Position numbers and translations under genes: made by a program. 64,000 nucleotides of DNA, from assembly GCA_965655095.1 (NCBI GenBank), contig OZ296657.1, positions 28,706,001 to 28,770,000 of the forward strand. The letters are read 5' to 3'. Below, piece by piece: positions 24,901 through 37,100 of this stretch (positions are counted from its first letter, which is position 1; each line of letters starts with the position of its first letter). Under the pieces are notes generated by a model that searched no databases, was not told the DNA's origin, and saw only the letters and a program-made list of their open reading frames with translations. The stretch is from Haplodiscus bocki (Eukaryota).

Positions 24901-27799
24901 AAGTAGCAGTAGGAGTGTTAATAGACAACACCAGCTGTGGAGCCCCCATGCATCAGGTTAGGTTGTAGCAACCCCAGAGCCAAATGGAGCCCGAAACGTT
25001 GATTTGTTCTTTTGGGTTGAACCTCTTTATGGGCTCCCTTGTTATTCCGTGGAATCACTGTACTAGGACAAGGTTGGTTGAAATTGCTTGGTTTGGGTTT
25101 TTTTTCTAGCGCCAGCATATCATTGGCTGCCGATAATTTTTCGCTAGAGCTGACGGCGAGGTAAATGATACTTGAAGGTTCTTGGGTATGTATTAGTGTA
25201 GACTATGGTGTTTTGCAAACTAAAAAGACCGAGTGGGATCAACGAATCGTTGTCGACAGGGAGAGACTTTTTGCCAAAAAACCTTGAGCTGATCTTTGTC
25301 CTACAGCCCCGCCCGTACAAAAGAGCATTACACCTACGGTTAAACAAGACGCCTGCGGTAAGTTTTTTACGCCACAGATACGTTATTAAGCGTGCTGATT
25401 GAAAATTCTATACGGCACGGGTACGGCTATCATATGATGTTTCGTAAAAAAAAGTGATATTAGGCGAAAAACTTTTGAAAAGATTGTAAAAAGGTGGCAC
25501 AAACACCTCGTTTGGACCTCACATAATCAAGGAAGTTTTCGAATCATTACAAATTGTAACTTACAAAAAAGAATACATTAAAGTTTTGATTTCCAGTAGT
25601 TTTCTCTTGCCGGAGCTTCAAGAGATGAACAACTGCTAATATCGTGAAGAATCAGCAACCGCCTGCAAAGTAATCTAGTGGTTTTGGCATCAACTTTTCG
25701 TAGTGCTGAATGAGAATATGATACTTTTTACGTCCAAGACTGTCTCCAAAACGATTTTTCCGCCAAGACTTCGCAAACATTATCTAAAGCTCATCCTGCA
25801 TGTTATTGGAATGTGTAAGTGTACAGCTGAAAGTTTCAAAGGGAAGATATTCTAAAAGGAGTTAACCAAGGTACCGATACTTCAGCACAGCGAATGGAAT
25901 GAATCATTGCTGGAGAGCAACATTATTTATTTGGGACATTTTCTCCAAAAACAATAAACTTGTAAACAGCACCCGAGGACACTCGTTTTCCCAATACAAT
26001 GAGTTCTGTAACGTGTATTACAGGAAAAACAAATTTTAGCTCCACTCTCATTGGTTCTGCAGTTATTTTTGGGTAATGAAGCTTTTCAGTGGCATTCTTA
26101 ATTTAAACCAAGTCAAACACTTGAACACAGTGGCCTCTGAAGTTATCAATACGAATTGAGCAGATAACTTCTTGATTGTTTTTTTGCTTTCGTTGTTGTA
26201 ACATAGGGGACAATTTGTGGTAGTTTCAAAGTTTACAACGTCAGAACGTCAGCACGGATCTTGAGTAAACAACCCAAACGGTTTTCAGAACCAGAGGGCA
26301 AATTCCATTTAAGATGATGCTCCGGAAAAGACAACAGTGCAAGTTTATCTATATGGCTATGGCGTTACCACTCGTTGTCACTTTCCTCATACACTATGTG
26401 TCAACCTTGCCTAATGCAATTTTCAATCACTACATCTCGTACGCACTATTTATTTGTTCTTCCATTTTCTATTCCCCTCCTCTTTTTCGATCTCTTTTTT
26501 GCTTTCTATTGTCACATAAACAACTCATCATAACATCAAAATAGTATCGACCATCCACAACTGGGATGACGGACACACATGTACGTTCAAAACCCGGTTC
26601 TGGCGTATCTTGATTCGCGCAAAAGTCATCGTGAAATTTTCCAATAACGTCAAGATTTCGTGAAAACTGACCTCGTTGTTAACGAAACTCCCAAAGAACT
26701 GGCAACTTCGTGGGTTGTCAGTTCTAGTGAGAGTGACCATCAACCAACCCTGCTCTCTGCTCCGGCTCAATTTCAGCGTCCAGGACGTCTTTCACTGTGC
26801 GTGCATACGTTGAGTCAAAGTGATTGTTCCAAACCGACTTTTTAAGAACCATTCCGCGATGCCTCCACACAATTCTATTTTACCAGTGCCACACCAAGTG
26901 GCGGAAGGAGCATGAGCTCTCTCTATTGCTGCTTCTCCGAGTTCCAGTGAACATGAATTGTTGGGAGCCCTAGTCAGTCAATTGGCATGAATGTCTTGAA
27001 CAGCCCGCAACGGGCAAACCGGTCTTAAACGCGACAGAAAGTCCATCACAAAGATACCACACCCTTCGTGAAATTGTTCAGACATAGCATTTGTATCAGT
27101 TTCCTTGGAAAATTGACAAAAACATAGCAATGCAATCTAATTCCAGAAGTCGAAAACTTAAGTTAACCCAATATTAGCACCTCATTGAACCACTTCTCAG
27201 TACTTTCAGCAAACTAAACGTCAGAGAAGACAACTGAGTTGCCTCGTTAAGTACACTCTTACATGTTTTTATTAAGTTTTGTAACAAATATAGCTCCAGC
27301 AACTTCTCGGGGAAGCGCATGCATAGCAGCAAGCTCAGCAGCGACACACATTGATCGAAAAGGAACCCCTCTAGGAAACTAAAATGGACAAATGACAGTG
27401 AAATCAGTGACATAAAAAATTGACAACTGACCCAATCATAAACTGGCGAGGCTGAAGAATAAGGATGGAAGTCTGGAGACAACCAGGGACGAAATGCAGT
27501 GTCCTGAAAAGCAAAATTCACAGCAAGAGTGACTACCTAGAAACCACCCAAACATGGGAAATCTCATTCACTAGTACTGTCGGAAAATGAAATACACCAG
27601 CTAAATTAATATTCAGGCTATGGTCTATTTTTCTTGTCTCAACTGCAGGTTTCATCGACTATTACAAAAACAAATTATGACACAACTCTAAAGCCGCAAA
27701 ATTGATGTGAACGCCATTATGTCAGATTTTTCTCCTCCCAACCATTATAAACGTGATTACGCAATAAATACTCCATAATTACCGAAATCGAAATCACTT

Positions 27800-30700
27800 G
27801 AAATTGCCATGTAATACTACGTCCTACTCGGTAAAACACTGGTTTAAAGCAAGCGCTATGGCGATGAGCAGCTTTCAAACAGCTGCAAGATTTTAATCCT
27901 ATATGGAGCTTTCATTTCCGTACAAAGAGTCAAAATACTGACTATCAATTAAAGCATCCTCGCCAGACGCTATCTAACATGATGCATTAAAAACTCTAAT
28001 AAACAATATTTAAAACTGAGTTGAAAAAGGATACAGCAAGTTTTCAAATGCATTCAAACCAGTCCAAAGTAATAATTTCCGTCATCTAGCAAATCTTTGG
28101 CTATCAAGAACAAAAGACTTCGCTTTTCAACGGACTTATGTACAGTACAGATGTGCAGTCGTTGTGTTTGTTTTAAGGCCGTATAGCGTCATCACCTGAA
28201 AATCAAGAAAAGTGCTTAGACCTGCAGCCATTATTGGTACAGTATAATGCCACACCAACAATTAGCAAAAATTCTCCAGCGTTTGCAGTGAGTCCAGGTC
28301 ATTCCAAACGCAACAACACATCCAAGGGAATGAAATTCTCTGGAAGGAGCATGTATTTTTGCTAACTACTCGAAAAAGCATTGTACATAATTGGCACAAT
28401 TCTACACTCTTGCGTTTTTCACTTCTTGTTTTAACACTTAACACAGATTTTGAGCCACCCTAACAGCAAGGGAGTTAACTCGATGGATACACTTAATGAA
28501 ATTCATAGTATGAACAGAAATGCAATGATTGACGTCAATACTGTTTTTCTTCGCAGGAACTCCCATTCCGTCTACGCGGTTCACTGGCCACTAAAAAGCT
28601 GTGAAGAACTCAATATCCAGACTACTAGACCATCTTTATCTCCTTAAAAGAGACTTGAGACAGACTTCTTGGTTGAGACGGAACGAAAAAGCATATCGAC
28701 AGATCCAGCTATAAGTCTGAGATTCCTCAAGTTTCGTGATGCTTTCAGCAGTGAGAAATGTCTGATCTTTTTTCAATTTTGATAAATAATTTAACGGTTT
28801 GTTGCACTCGTTGCTGTTGATGAATTTGACTGGATAACACAGACACCACCGATAGTTGGGATGATGAAAATTTGTCCTCTGGCTGGAGGCACTCTGAATT
28901 GGTACAAAGAGCATCTTTACAACATTTTTTTGCAACAGGTTGCCAGTTGTATTCAAGGGTAAAAAACTTCCCTGTTTAAGTAAAATGTTTATTTGCCGAA
29001 ATTTTTGATACGATGAGGTACATTTAGTCTATCGATTCAACTACTCACAGCATGGGTTTTGCGTCAGGAAGCAGGAAGGGCCAATTTTTCACATATGGTA
29101 CGAAAAGTTTTCGTTTTTGAAGTAACAAGCCAAAACCTCAACCTTGTTATTGTCTTCAAGTTGTCTCGCAAGTCGATTAGTGACTAAAATGGGCTGGTTT
29201 CTATGAAAGACCAATTCAATTAAACAGTACCAAGACTTTCTGCCAAGAAGATGAGGTTCTCTTTCTTAGACTTTTGCTGTCAAAAGTCAGGTTCTTTTTG
29301 GGAATCGTTAGTTGGTTTTTTCATCAAACGTCCTTCACTTTTCTTTCCAAAACTGCAATTCTGCTTCGCTAATCAACTACTACGGCGACAAATTGCAACT
29401 TGAATTTTAGGCAGAAAAGCAGTTAACAACCACTTGAAATTTTTCTGATTGGTGCTGCTTCAAATTTTTCCTTTCCAACTGAAGTATCGAAGTTTCTTCT
29501 CTCATTCGTGGAGACTAATTCCTCGATGCGTAACAAGCGTGGTACTTCCGTCTGGGACAAATTCTGATTCTCAATGCCCTAAGTTTCTACTAAGTATCAG
29601 AAAAAACTGTTTCCTTTGAATTCGATTGTTTTTTGAAAACAAACCTAACTTGAAATCTAAAACTGAAAAATGCTTTGAGTGGCGTCCTCGGTCGGAAGCG
29701 TTTCTGTTTAAAAATATGAGTTCATCCACCAAAAAATTGATTGAAGCCCAAAAAAAGACACCTTAGAGCCTCCCCATTTTGTTCATTTCAAATTGTCTGT
29801 GAGAAAAATTTTCACTGTCAACTTCGTAGAAAAATCGTTCATGTGAACTCGATATTAAACTTCGTTTGGAATTGCTCCTTTGAAACAGATTTTTTCTGAA
29901 CACTGTCGAATAACTTGCATCATTTTAGCAGTTATATGGCTACTGGTTTCTCACAAAATCCCCTAAGAGTCAGCGATTGCTGGTTGCAAACTTTTGGTAG
30001 TTAAGTTTGGTAAAAGTCATTACGGATTCAACATATTTTTATCTCTGCGACTTTCGCTATGAGTTCTTTTCTCGAAAACCAGCAATTTTATTGACGTCAT
30101 TGAACATTTGATCGAACATTTATCGTAAGCGGATGCTGATATTGCATACAGGGTCTCTTTTTTTCCTATTTTGCTTGCTAGCTACTTAGAAGTTCAGTAT
30201 TTGTTTCTGACTAGTTGTAAAGATGCAACCAATGGACCCAATATTTGGCTGACTCGATTGTACTTAGTAAAATGGTTCAATTGTCTTGCACGTTTTCCAG
30301 ACCGCAGCTTCACCTCTACAATAAAGTGTTGTCGTTTTCCCTTTGACATCCCTCTACGTTTTCCGGAATGAGTTGAAAGGTATTTTGGCGCCTAACAATC
30401 CAACAATTTTTCATTTTCGTATAAACATAACCAAGGGTTCACAAACCATCAAATGTTACATTTTTTGTTTTCACGGCAATCCTCTCCTCATGTTTTTGAC
30501 ACTAGAAGATGATTTTTTTGGAATATCTTGGCGGTTAAAGGTTATGTTTTGGTGTCTTGCATATAGAGTAAGCTTGATACTACTGATGTTTGTGCAATAA
30601 TCGATGGCGAAATCAACACCAAAATGTTCCAAAACGTTACATGTATATTTCTCCCTCAGCAAGTTGTTGCGAAAATTTCTTAGCAGAACTTTTCAAGTAA
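27800..30700 (-). mobile_element. degraded Polinton protein-primed DNA polymerase B (copy 1)
   Basis: Scattered minus-strand fragments resembling Polinton pPolB in collinear order, e.g. LYARHQNITF (ORF 30471..30662), GCVVAFG...RIFANC (~28258-28323) and KLL.. (~27870). Heavily mutated. Confidence 0.45.
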
Positions 30701-33342
30701 ATTCTTCTATGGATGTTTTCTTGATTTCCCAGGTCAAAGATCTGCTTTAATCAACTGAATTTACCGCCAGTTCTGCCTACTTTTGTTGCAGCTACTGTTC
30801 CGAAATATTGCAACTCCGCGTTCCAAAAATCGGAGTTTGAAAGTCGAACCCAGAGGGCATCGTATTGAAGGTTTTGTTACTTTCCCAAAAGTATTTTTTT
30901 GAGATATTCGGAGCCGTGTTTTAAGGAAGACTCAATTTGAACATCATCAGAACTCAAAACCAATCCAAGTTTCCGGCAATGTCCGGTAAGCAGTGAAAAC
31001 AAAACTCCAAAAACTTTTGATAGATTATGCTACAAATGGAGAAAATCTATGAATCCCTTGCTTGATGAACTTCAGCAGGTAAGTTTCATTAAAAAATGTG
31101 CACGAAAGTCCACAAAAGTTGAAAATTATTGAGATTAGCACTTTCTTGTTCATGTAGCCCTTCATGTTTTGTGACAGGACAAAATGGCTCGAGAAGTTTT
31201 TTTATGAAAAATCTTCAAAGAATTGTAACTTGTTGATACAAAACTTAAAAGAAAAATATCTAGGCTGCACTTGCCGTAAGAAAAACCTGAATGCCCAGTA
31301 AAGTGAACTTCTCGAAACTTTCGGCCAGATAGAAGGCTGTTTGAAGATCTGCGGCCAAAAATTTGCAGAAGTTAATAAAATATCCAGAAAAAGCAACAGA
31401 ATCTGTAATTTGTCACTAAATACGACAATACGAAAAAAAACTGTTTAATTACTGTAATTAAGTGAAAACATGAGACTAGCAGAAAACTCAAGTCAAGGCT
31501 TAGGTGTTTTATGTGAAGAAGAAAGAAAGGAGAGGGGAAAAATGACTTGATGTTGAAAGACAGTTACGGTTGCAATCTAGAAAGCTGAAAATAGAAAATA
31601 TAGACCAAATCCGCTGGAACTATTGAAGGATTTCATTTACAACACTAGACAAAAAATAACTTAATTTTTCTCTGTCACAACAACGGGAAAATGGAAGTCC
31701 GCAATTTCAAATATTTTTTGTTTAGAAAAAAAAACGATCCAAAAGAATTGTTAATGTTGAAGATCTTCTCAGAAGGAGATTTCTAAAAAGAGATGTTGCC
31801 ATACATAACTCAAGAATTAGATAGTTTAAATCAAGCTAGGATGGTAGAAGTCAACAGAAACGTGCTTGTTAAAAGTTAGAAGTGTTGGTAGTAATGTTGT
31901 GTTACATGTTGTAAATGAATCTGTTGGTTCCGTAGATGTAGATGCAGTTGATGGGTTCAATGTTTCCAGAGATGCAAAGTTATTTGGTGTTGTGGTTGAG
32001 GATGGAGATGACACGGTCTTAAAAAAGGCAAACCAAAAAAGTAACCCCAACAGTTCGCTCACAACAAAAAATTGTTCAATTTTATTTGGATTTTTTAAAC
32101 TGAAATCATTCACTTTACGGGAAAACTAAATATAGAAATACGGAAGCATTTGTCCGAAAGCGAGTGGATTCATTCTTCACAGTCCATTCAAACTACAGGG
32201 CGAGTTTTCGGTTCGAGTAGTTTTGTTTTAACAGGCTTCACGCATTCCTCAGGCCGACAGTTTACAAAAGTCTTTTTCCAATGTGGATTTACAACCCCAC
32301 TCCAGGAGATAATTTTCCAGCATAGGGGAAATTTTCCAGTAACTGTTTTTTTGTAACATATCAAAATTTTTGTAAAACTTTGAACAGTCTATTCATATCC
32401 CCGTTTCCCTTAGAAGTTTTTATCCTTGAGTACACATGTTTAATAATTATTGGGCAATTAATCTGTTTTTGTTCCCAAGAAAGCTCCTGAGAGATTTCTA
32501 ACATCTCCATAGTACTTCTTAATTTGCCCAAAAACTTTCCCTCCTATATCTCCAGGATCCACTTATACATTGGTATAGTGAAATTAGAATCAGTGTTTTG
32601 GTAATATTCGCCATTGTTTTCGAGGTCATCTGTCTGAAGAAGGATGTAGATGTTCTTTAAACTCTACTCTTACTTAGAAAAAATACTCCCAAGTGTGAAT
32701 GTATACATTTTCCTACTTTCCGCAGCCCTAATCAGGTCATTACTTTTTTTAGACTCGCAAGCCTCACGCCATAACTAGTCCTCGGGAGTCTGCAAAAATC
32801 TTTCATTCTGTCTTGATTTTCTTCTTCCAGCCAGTTTATTGACTGCTACTCATGTTTAACTTTTATGTGCTCTAAACGTTCGACAAAACAAAAGGATCAT
32901 GATTTAAGTTAACCAATTTGTGCACTGATTGTCATCCTCTTTTTGCATTCTGCTCCTAAGTCTAACATTTTTGGTAAAGTTTCAGATGGGTGGTTCTTGA
33001 AAGTTTTCTTGACACACCAAATTTTCATAATTTTCGATAACTTCACAATAAACACTCGCTTGAACATCGACGCCTGGCAGGAAATCAGTAATGTATCCGG
33101 CCCCTTATAGAACAAAGTTTTTACCTTCTCCACTGTCCCCTTTGAACAATTTTGTTGCTTCACTAAAATTTTTCCCGAAAAAATGTTACCCAATATTATA
33201 TCATGGGACGAAAGTCACACAGCGACCAAAAATGTTTTTTTTTAACTCAATGTTGTCCACTTGCCTTTACTTTTATCTACCTGATGTTTGCTAATTGGGT
33301 TTGCAATTGCAAAGAAATTTCATGCCTCTTACACGTTCGTCT

Positions 33343-34130
33343 GGGCACGTAGACAGCAGTGTTGACAACCCTGCCGAAAAATCGTCACAAAAAGTCTGAA
33401 ACGTTTTCGTTCAAAGTCTGGAAAAAAATACAAAAATACAATCTTTCACAAAAAAATTTAGTTTCATCAAAAAATTCCTGCAGGCACACAGAACAATTTC
33501 CTGACAGCTCTGCCGAAACTTGGTCGCCAAAAGGGAAAATTTCGCTCATAGGCAGAAAATGTTTATTGAATTAAGACCTTTTCTGAAAATTATTTCTTCT
33601 CAAAATTTTACATTTGACACGTACAACGCAATTTTGACCACGCTGCCTAAAATTTTTTGCCAAATTTACGAAAAAAAACTCCAGTCAGAAAGTTTTAAAG
33701 ATAAAATCTATAAAATTCTCGGAATAAAATATTTTCGTCAAGAATCCCACTTGACAACCGTGTCGAAAATTTCTGGACAAAAATCCAATTTTTTTTGGCT
33801 CGAATTCAAAAAATGATCAAAAAAAGTATACAGAAACAAATTTCTTCCTAAGATAGATCCTATGGACACGTGGCATGCAATTTGGACATTTCTGCCTAGT
33901 TTCGTTTGCCAAAGGTCAGATAAGATTTCGCTCAAAGTCGGAAAACATGTAATAAATTACAAATTTCTCACCAAACCTATGTTCCCTCAAAACTTTCTCT
34001 GAACACGTTCAATGCAGATTCGACAACTCTGCCGAATAATTGAGGCACAAAGTTTAAAAAAATCCTCAGAATTATTTTCTATCGAAAAAACGCTGAGATT
34101 GTTCTACTGGACACGTAAAAACGAGTTTTA
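33343..34130 (+). repeat. degenerate minisatellite, about 6.5 units of 117-139 bp
   Basis: Recurring GGACACGTAGAATGCAGTTTTGACAACCCTGCCGAAA-like core, with TGCCGAA-type anchors at 33372, 33511, 33644, 33761, 33893 and 34030. Confidence 0.85.
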
Positions 34131-37100
34131 AAAACACCACTTTGGGCTAAATTTTCACATTACTGTGCTAAAAGTGGGCTTTCTCGCAACGTGTGGTGCT
34201 TAAGTTTGTCTTGATTTTTTTCAGTTAATCCATTTTAAAGCCATTTTCCTCCAGAAGTTGGCAGAAAAAACTGCAACATTGCTGCACCTTTTTTTAACAA
34301 CATTAACATAAAAAGCGACTAAGTCAGCGAAAATTCTAAAACTTACAACAACTGACTTTTCTGGAAAAAAAACATGGGTCTTTTCGAAAAAAAACTTGAA
34401 CTGATTCAAAAACATTAAACATAATGACTTTGCTGTAGATTGCGTACCATAAAATTTTTTATCAAAAAAATGTTTTTTTTTGTAGATGAATTGGATAGTT
34501 TTATTTGCTAAACACAACAAAGAATCAAAGTCCAAAAGAGTTGAAAATCTGATGAAAAAAGAGAGTATTCTGAAAATAAAACTTTCCGTATCTTAAAAAG
34601 CAACTTTTCTAAATTGGGATAGAGTAGAAAATCCCGGTTGTTGCCGGTTGTCTTGCTATAGTTTGTTGTCGAAATGGCATTCTCTTTTTGTTAATCGCTT
34701 ATGATTTGAATACATTAGTCAAGTCGTGTTTCGTTGATTTTTCAATTGTGAACCCACTCTTTTGTTTAGCGTTTTTGCGTTCTTCATTAAGCAATGCTCA
34801 GCGACAGAGACTAGTAGCGTCAAAAATCATCTATAACTCCGTCATTGGTTTCTTTCTCAGCTTCAATATCCTGGGTTTCTGAGACAGACTTCCAATAGCT
34901 TAATCAACCGAGTCATTCTTTTTGACTTGCTGTTTTTCATTACCTTGGTTTGTTCATTTTCATAATTCCTCATAACGTCTAAAAATTTTATGAAAAGTGT
35001 TCAATGTTCTAAAAATCTTGCTTATCTAGATTTAGGCCTAGTTCTTCTGTTTTTGTATCAAAGATACTTTCACATATCACCTTTATAAAACTGTTTAGAG
35101 GTTGTGATGTTCCCTGCGCTATTTGATTGTCTATCGCACGTTATTGTCTGTGTTGGTATGAATAGGTTGATCGTATTCTGTGTCCCCGTTGATGTAGCAA
35201 AACAATTCCAGCGTATTGGCGATTTTCATAATCACGCTAAACAGTCTTTATCGATAACCAACATGTTTTTTTTATATATTTTGTGTGTATCCAGCAGAGA
35301 CAAAGTCTAAACATGGATAATTACGCATGATTATCAAATTTCCCACGAAAAAAAAGCAATTAGTTATCGTAAACTTTTTTATGCTTGCAACCAAACTAAA
35401 GTTTTAGTATATCAGATTGCAGAACAAACGTTTCACCTAGCTTCCCGTGTGAGCCCCCTAAATGAATCATGGTACATATGAGGAATATATAATAGGATTT
35501 CTCTTCTCCCTTTACTCATGAAACGGTTAAATGTTTTCAAACTGATGACTCTTCTACATGTTTTCATTGCTTGCTTATTTGATATTCCGAGGGTAAAAAC
35601 CTCCAAACAATCCAATTATAAAATCCTGTGTTTTTACGGGGTTTGAATTTTGTTCCAAATTCCGCCGTTCAATTCCAGTTTTTATCAAGTGTTTAGATTC
35701 TCTAGTCCACATTCCTCTCAAGTGATGAAACACTTTTTAAAACACTTTCCTCCTCAAAGTAGTTCCATATCCTTCAGTTTGGCGTCACTTTCTAGATAGG
35801 CTTCTATCAAATTCACAACAAATTTTTCATGCTGGATAAAAAGCAATTGTATTTGCAACTTGTATATTCATTTGTAGGTAACTTGTATTTTCAAATAGAT
35901 TGTGAAATCTCACAATCATTTTCTCTTTTGCCATTAAAATATTCATCCAAGCTAACAAGAATATTTTTGTATCCATTTTCTGAACACCTAGGTTAAAATC
36001 AATTTAGTGAATGCTTACATTACTATCACGAATAACGTTTGATTCCACTAAGGTGAAGAATTGTCCAAACTTTGGAGTACTGTCTCTTCGTTTTTTTGGT
36101 TTCCTTTAAATGGGTTTCTTTTTTACTATCTGAAAGAGAGCAACATCCCAATCGATAGAAGAATTCGTTTCGCCTTCGTAATTTCGTTCGACTTCTTAAC
36201 AAAAGTTTTATTTAAAGTGTTTTTTTTGAAAGTCTTAAAATGAACTCGCAAAAAACTTTGTCAAAACTAAATCGTTCAAAATTTCATCTATTTTAGTTTA
36301 GGCAGAACAGAAAAATCACGAATAAAAGATAGTGTAATGAAACCGCGTTTTTAAGCATTTTTGCTCATATATTTTTACAGTCAAGAACTTACTAAAATTA
36401 GAGCTGCTTGTGTTAATTTTTTTGCGCGTTGCAGTTCTAACCAAAAGATCACTACTTTGGAAGCCTTAAAGTCATGAACAAAAACTTGTCGCTTACAGTG
36501 AAATAAGGTTTATCTTGGTTTCATTTTTAACTTGTTGCAGTATCTCTTTTGTTTTGTCTGCTTTTGTTTTTCAGATGGTGATACGTTTTGTATTACCTTA
36601 TCAATAGCGCTTTATATTTCGTTCTCTGCTTATGGTACTCTAATTTAAATTTTGGAAACACCTTTTGAATTGTTTTGCTTAACGCTTCTCTGAGTTTTTG
36701 AAGAGTATCTTTGTTTCACAAACTTAGCAATTTTTTCATCAATCCCCATCTCCTGGGATGTTTTTGTTATATCGCGGGTAATTCTTTTGCATCCAAATTT
36801 CTCTTCGTTTTGTGTTCGGTGCTGAAGTCTGCTTTCTTTTTTTAAGGTTTTTGAAAAAAAAATCTACCTACTAATTTTCTTCCTAAACTGTTTTTCCTTG
36901 CTTTTTGCCAACCTTTATACCATGCAGTTTTTGAAATTGAGTTCGTTAGACTTTCAGTTTTCAACTTTTTCCCTACTTATGCCGTCTAATGTAGCATTCA
37001 CCTTCAACCTCACCATACCATCTGCAGTTCAAGTATTTCATTACCTTAATCACGATCCTTCAGAGAAACTTTTTTTTCACTCTCCTCATCAGCTTGGAAC

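Noticed and set aside
33343-34130. CRISPR-like repeat/spacer appearance
   Set aside because: Units are degenerate along their whole length, the intervening sequence is also related, there are no cas genes, and the context is eukaryotic.
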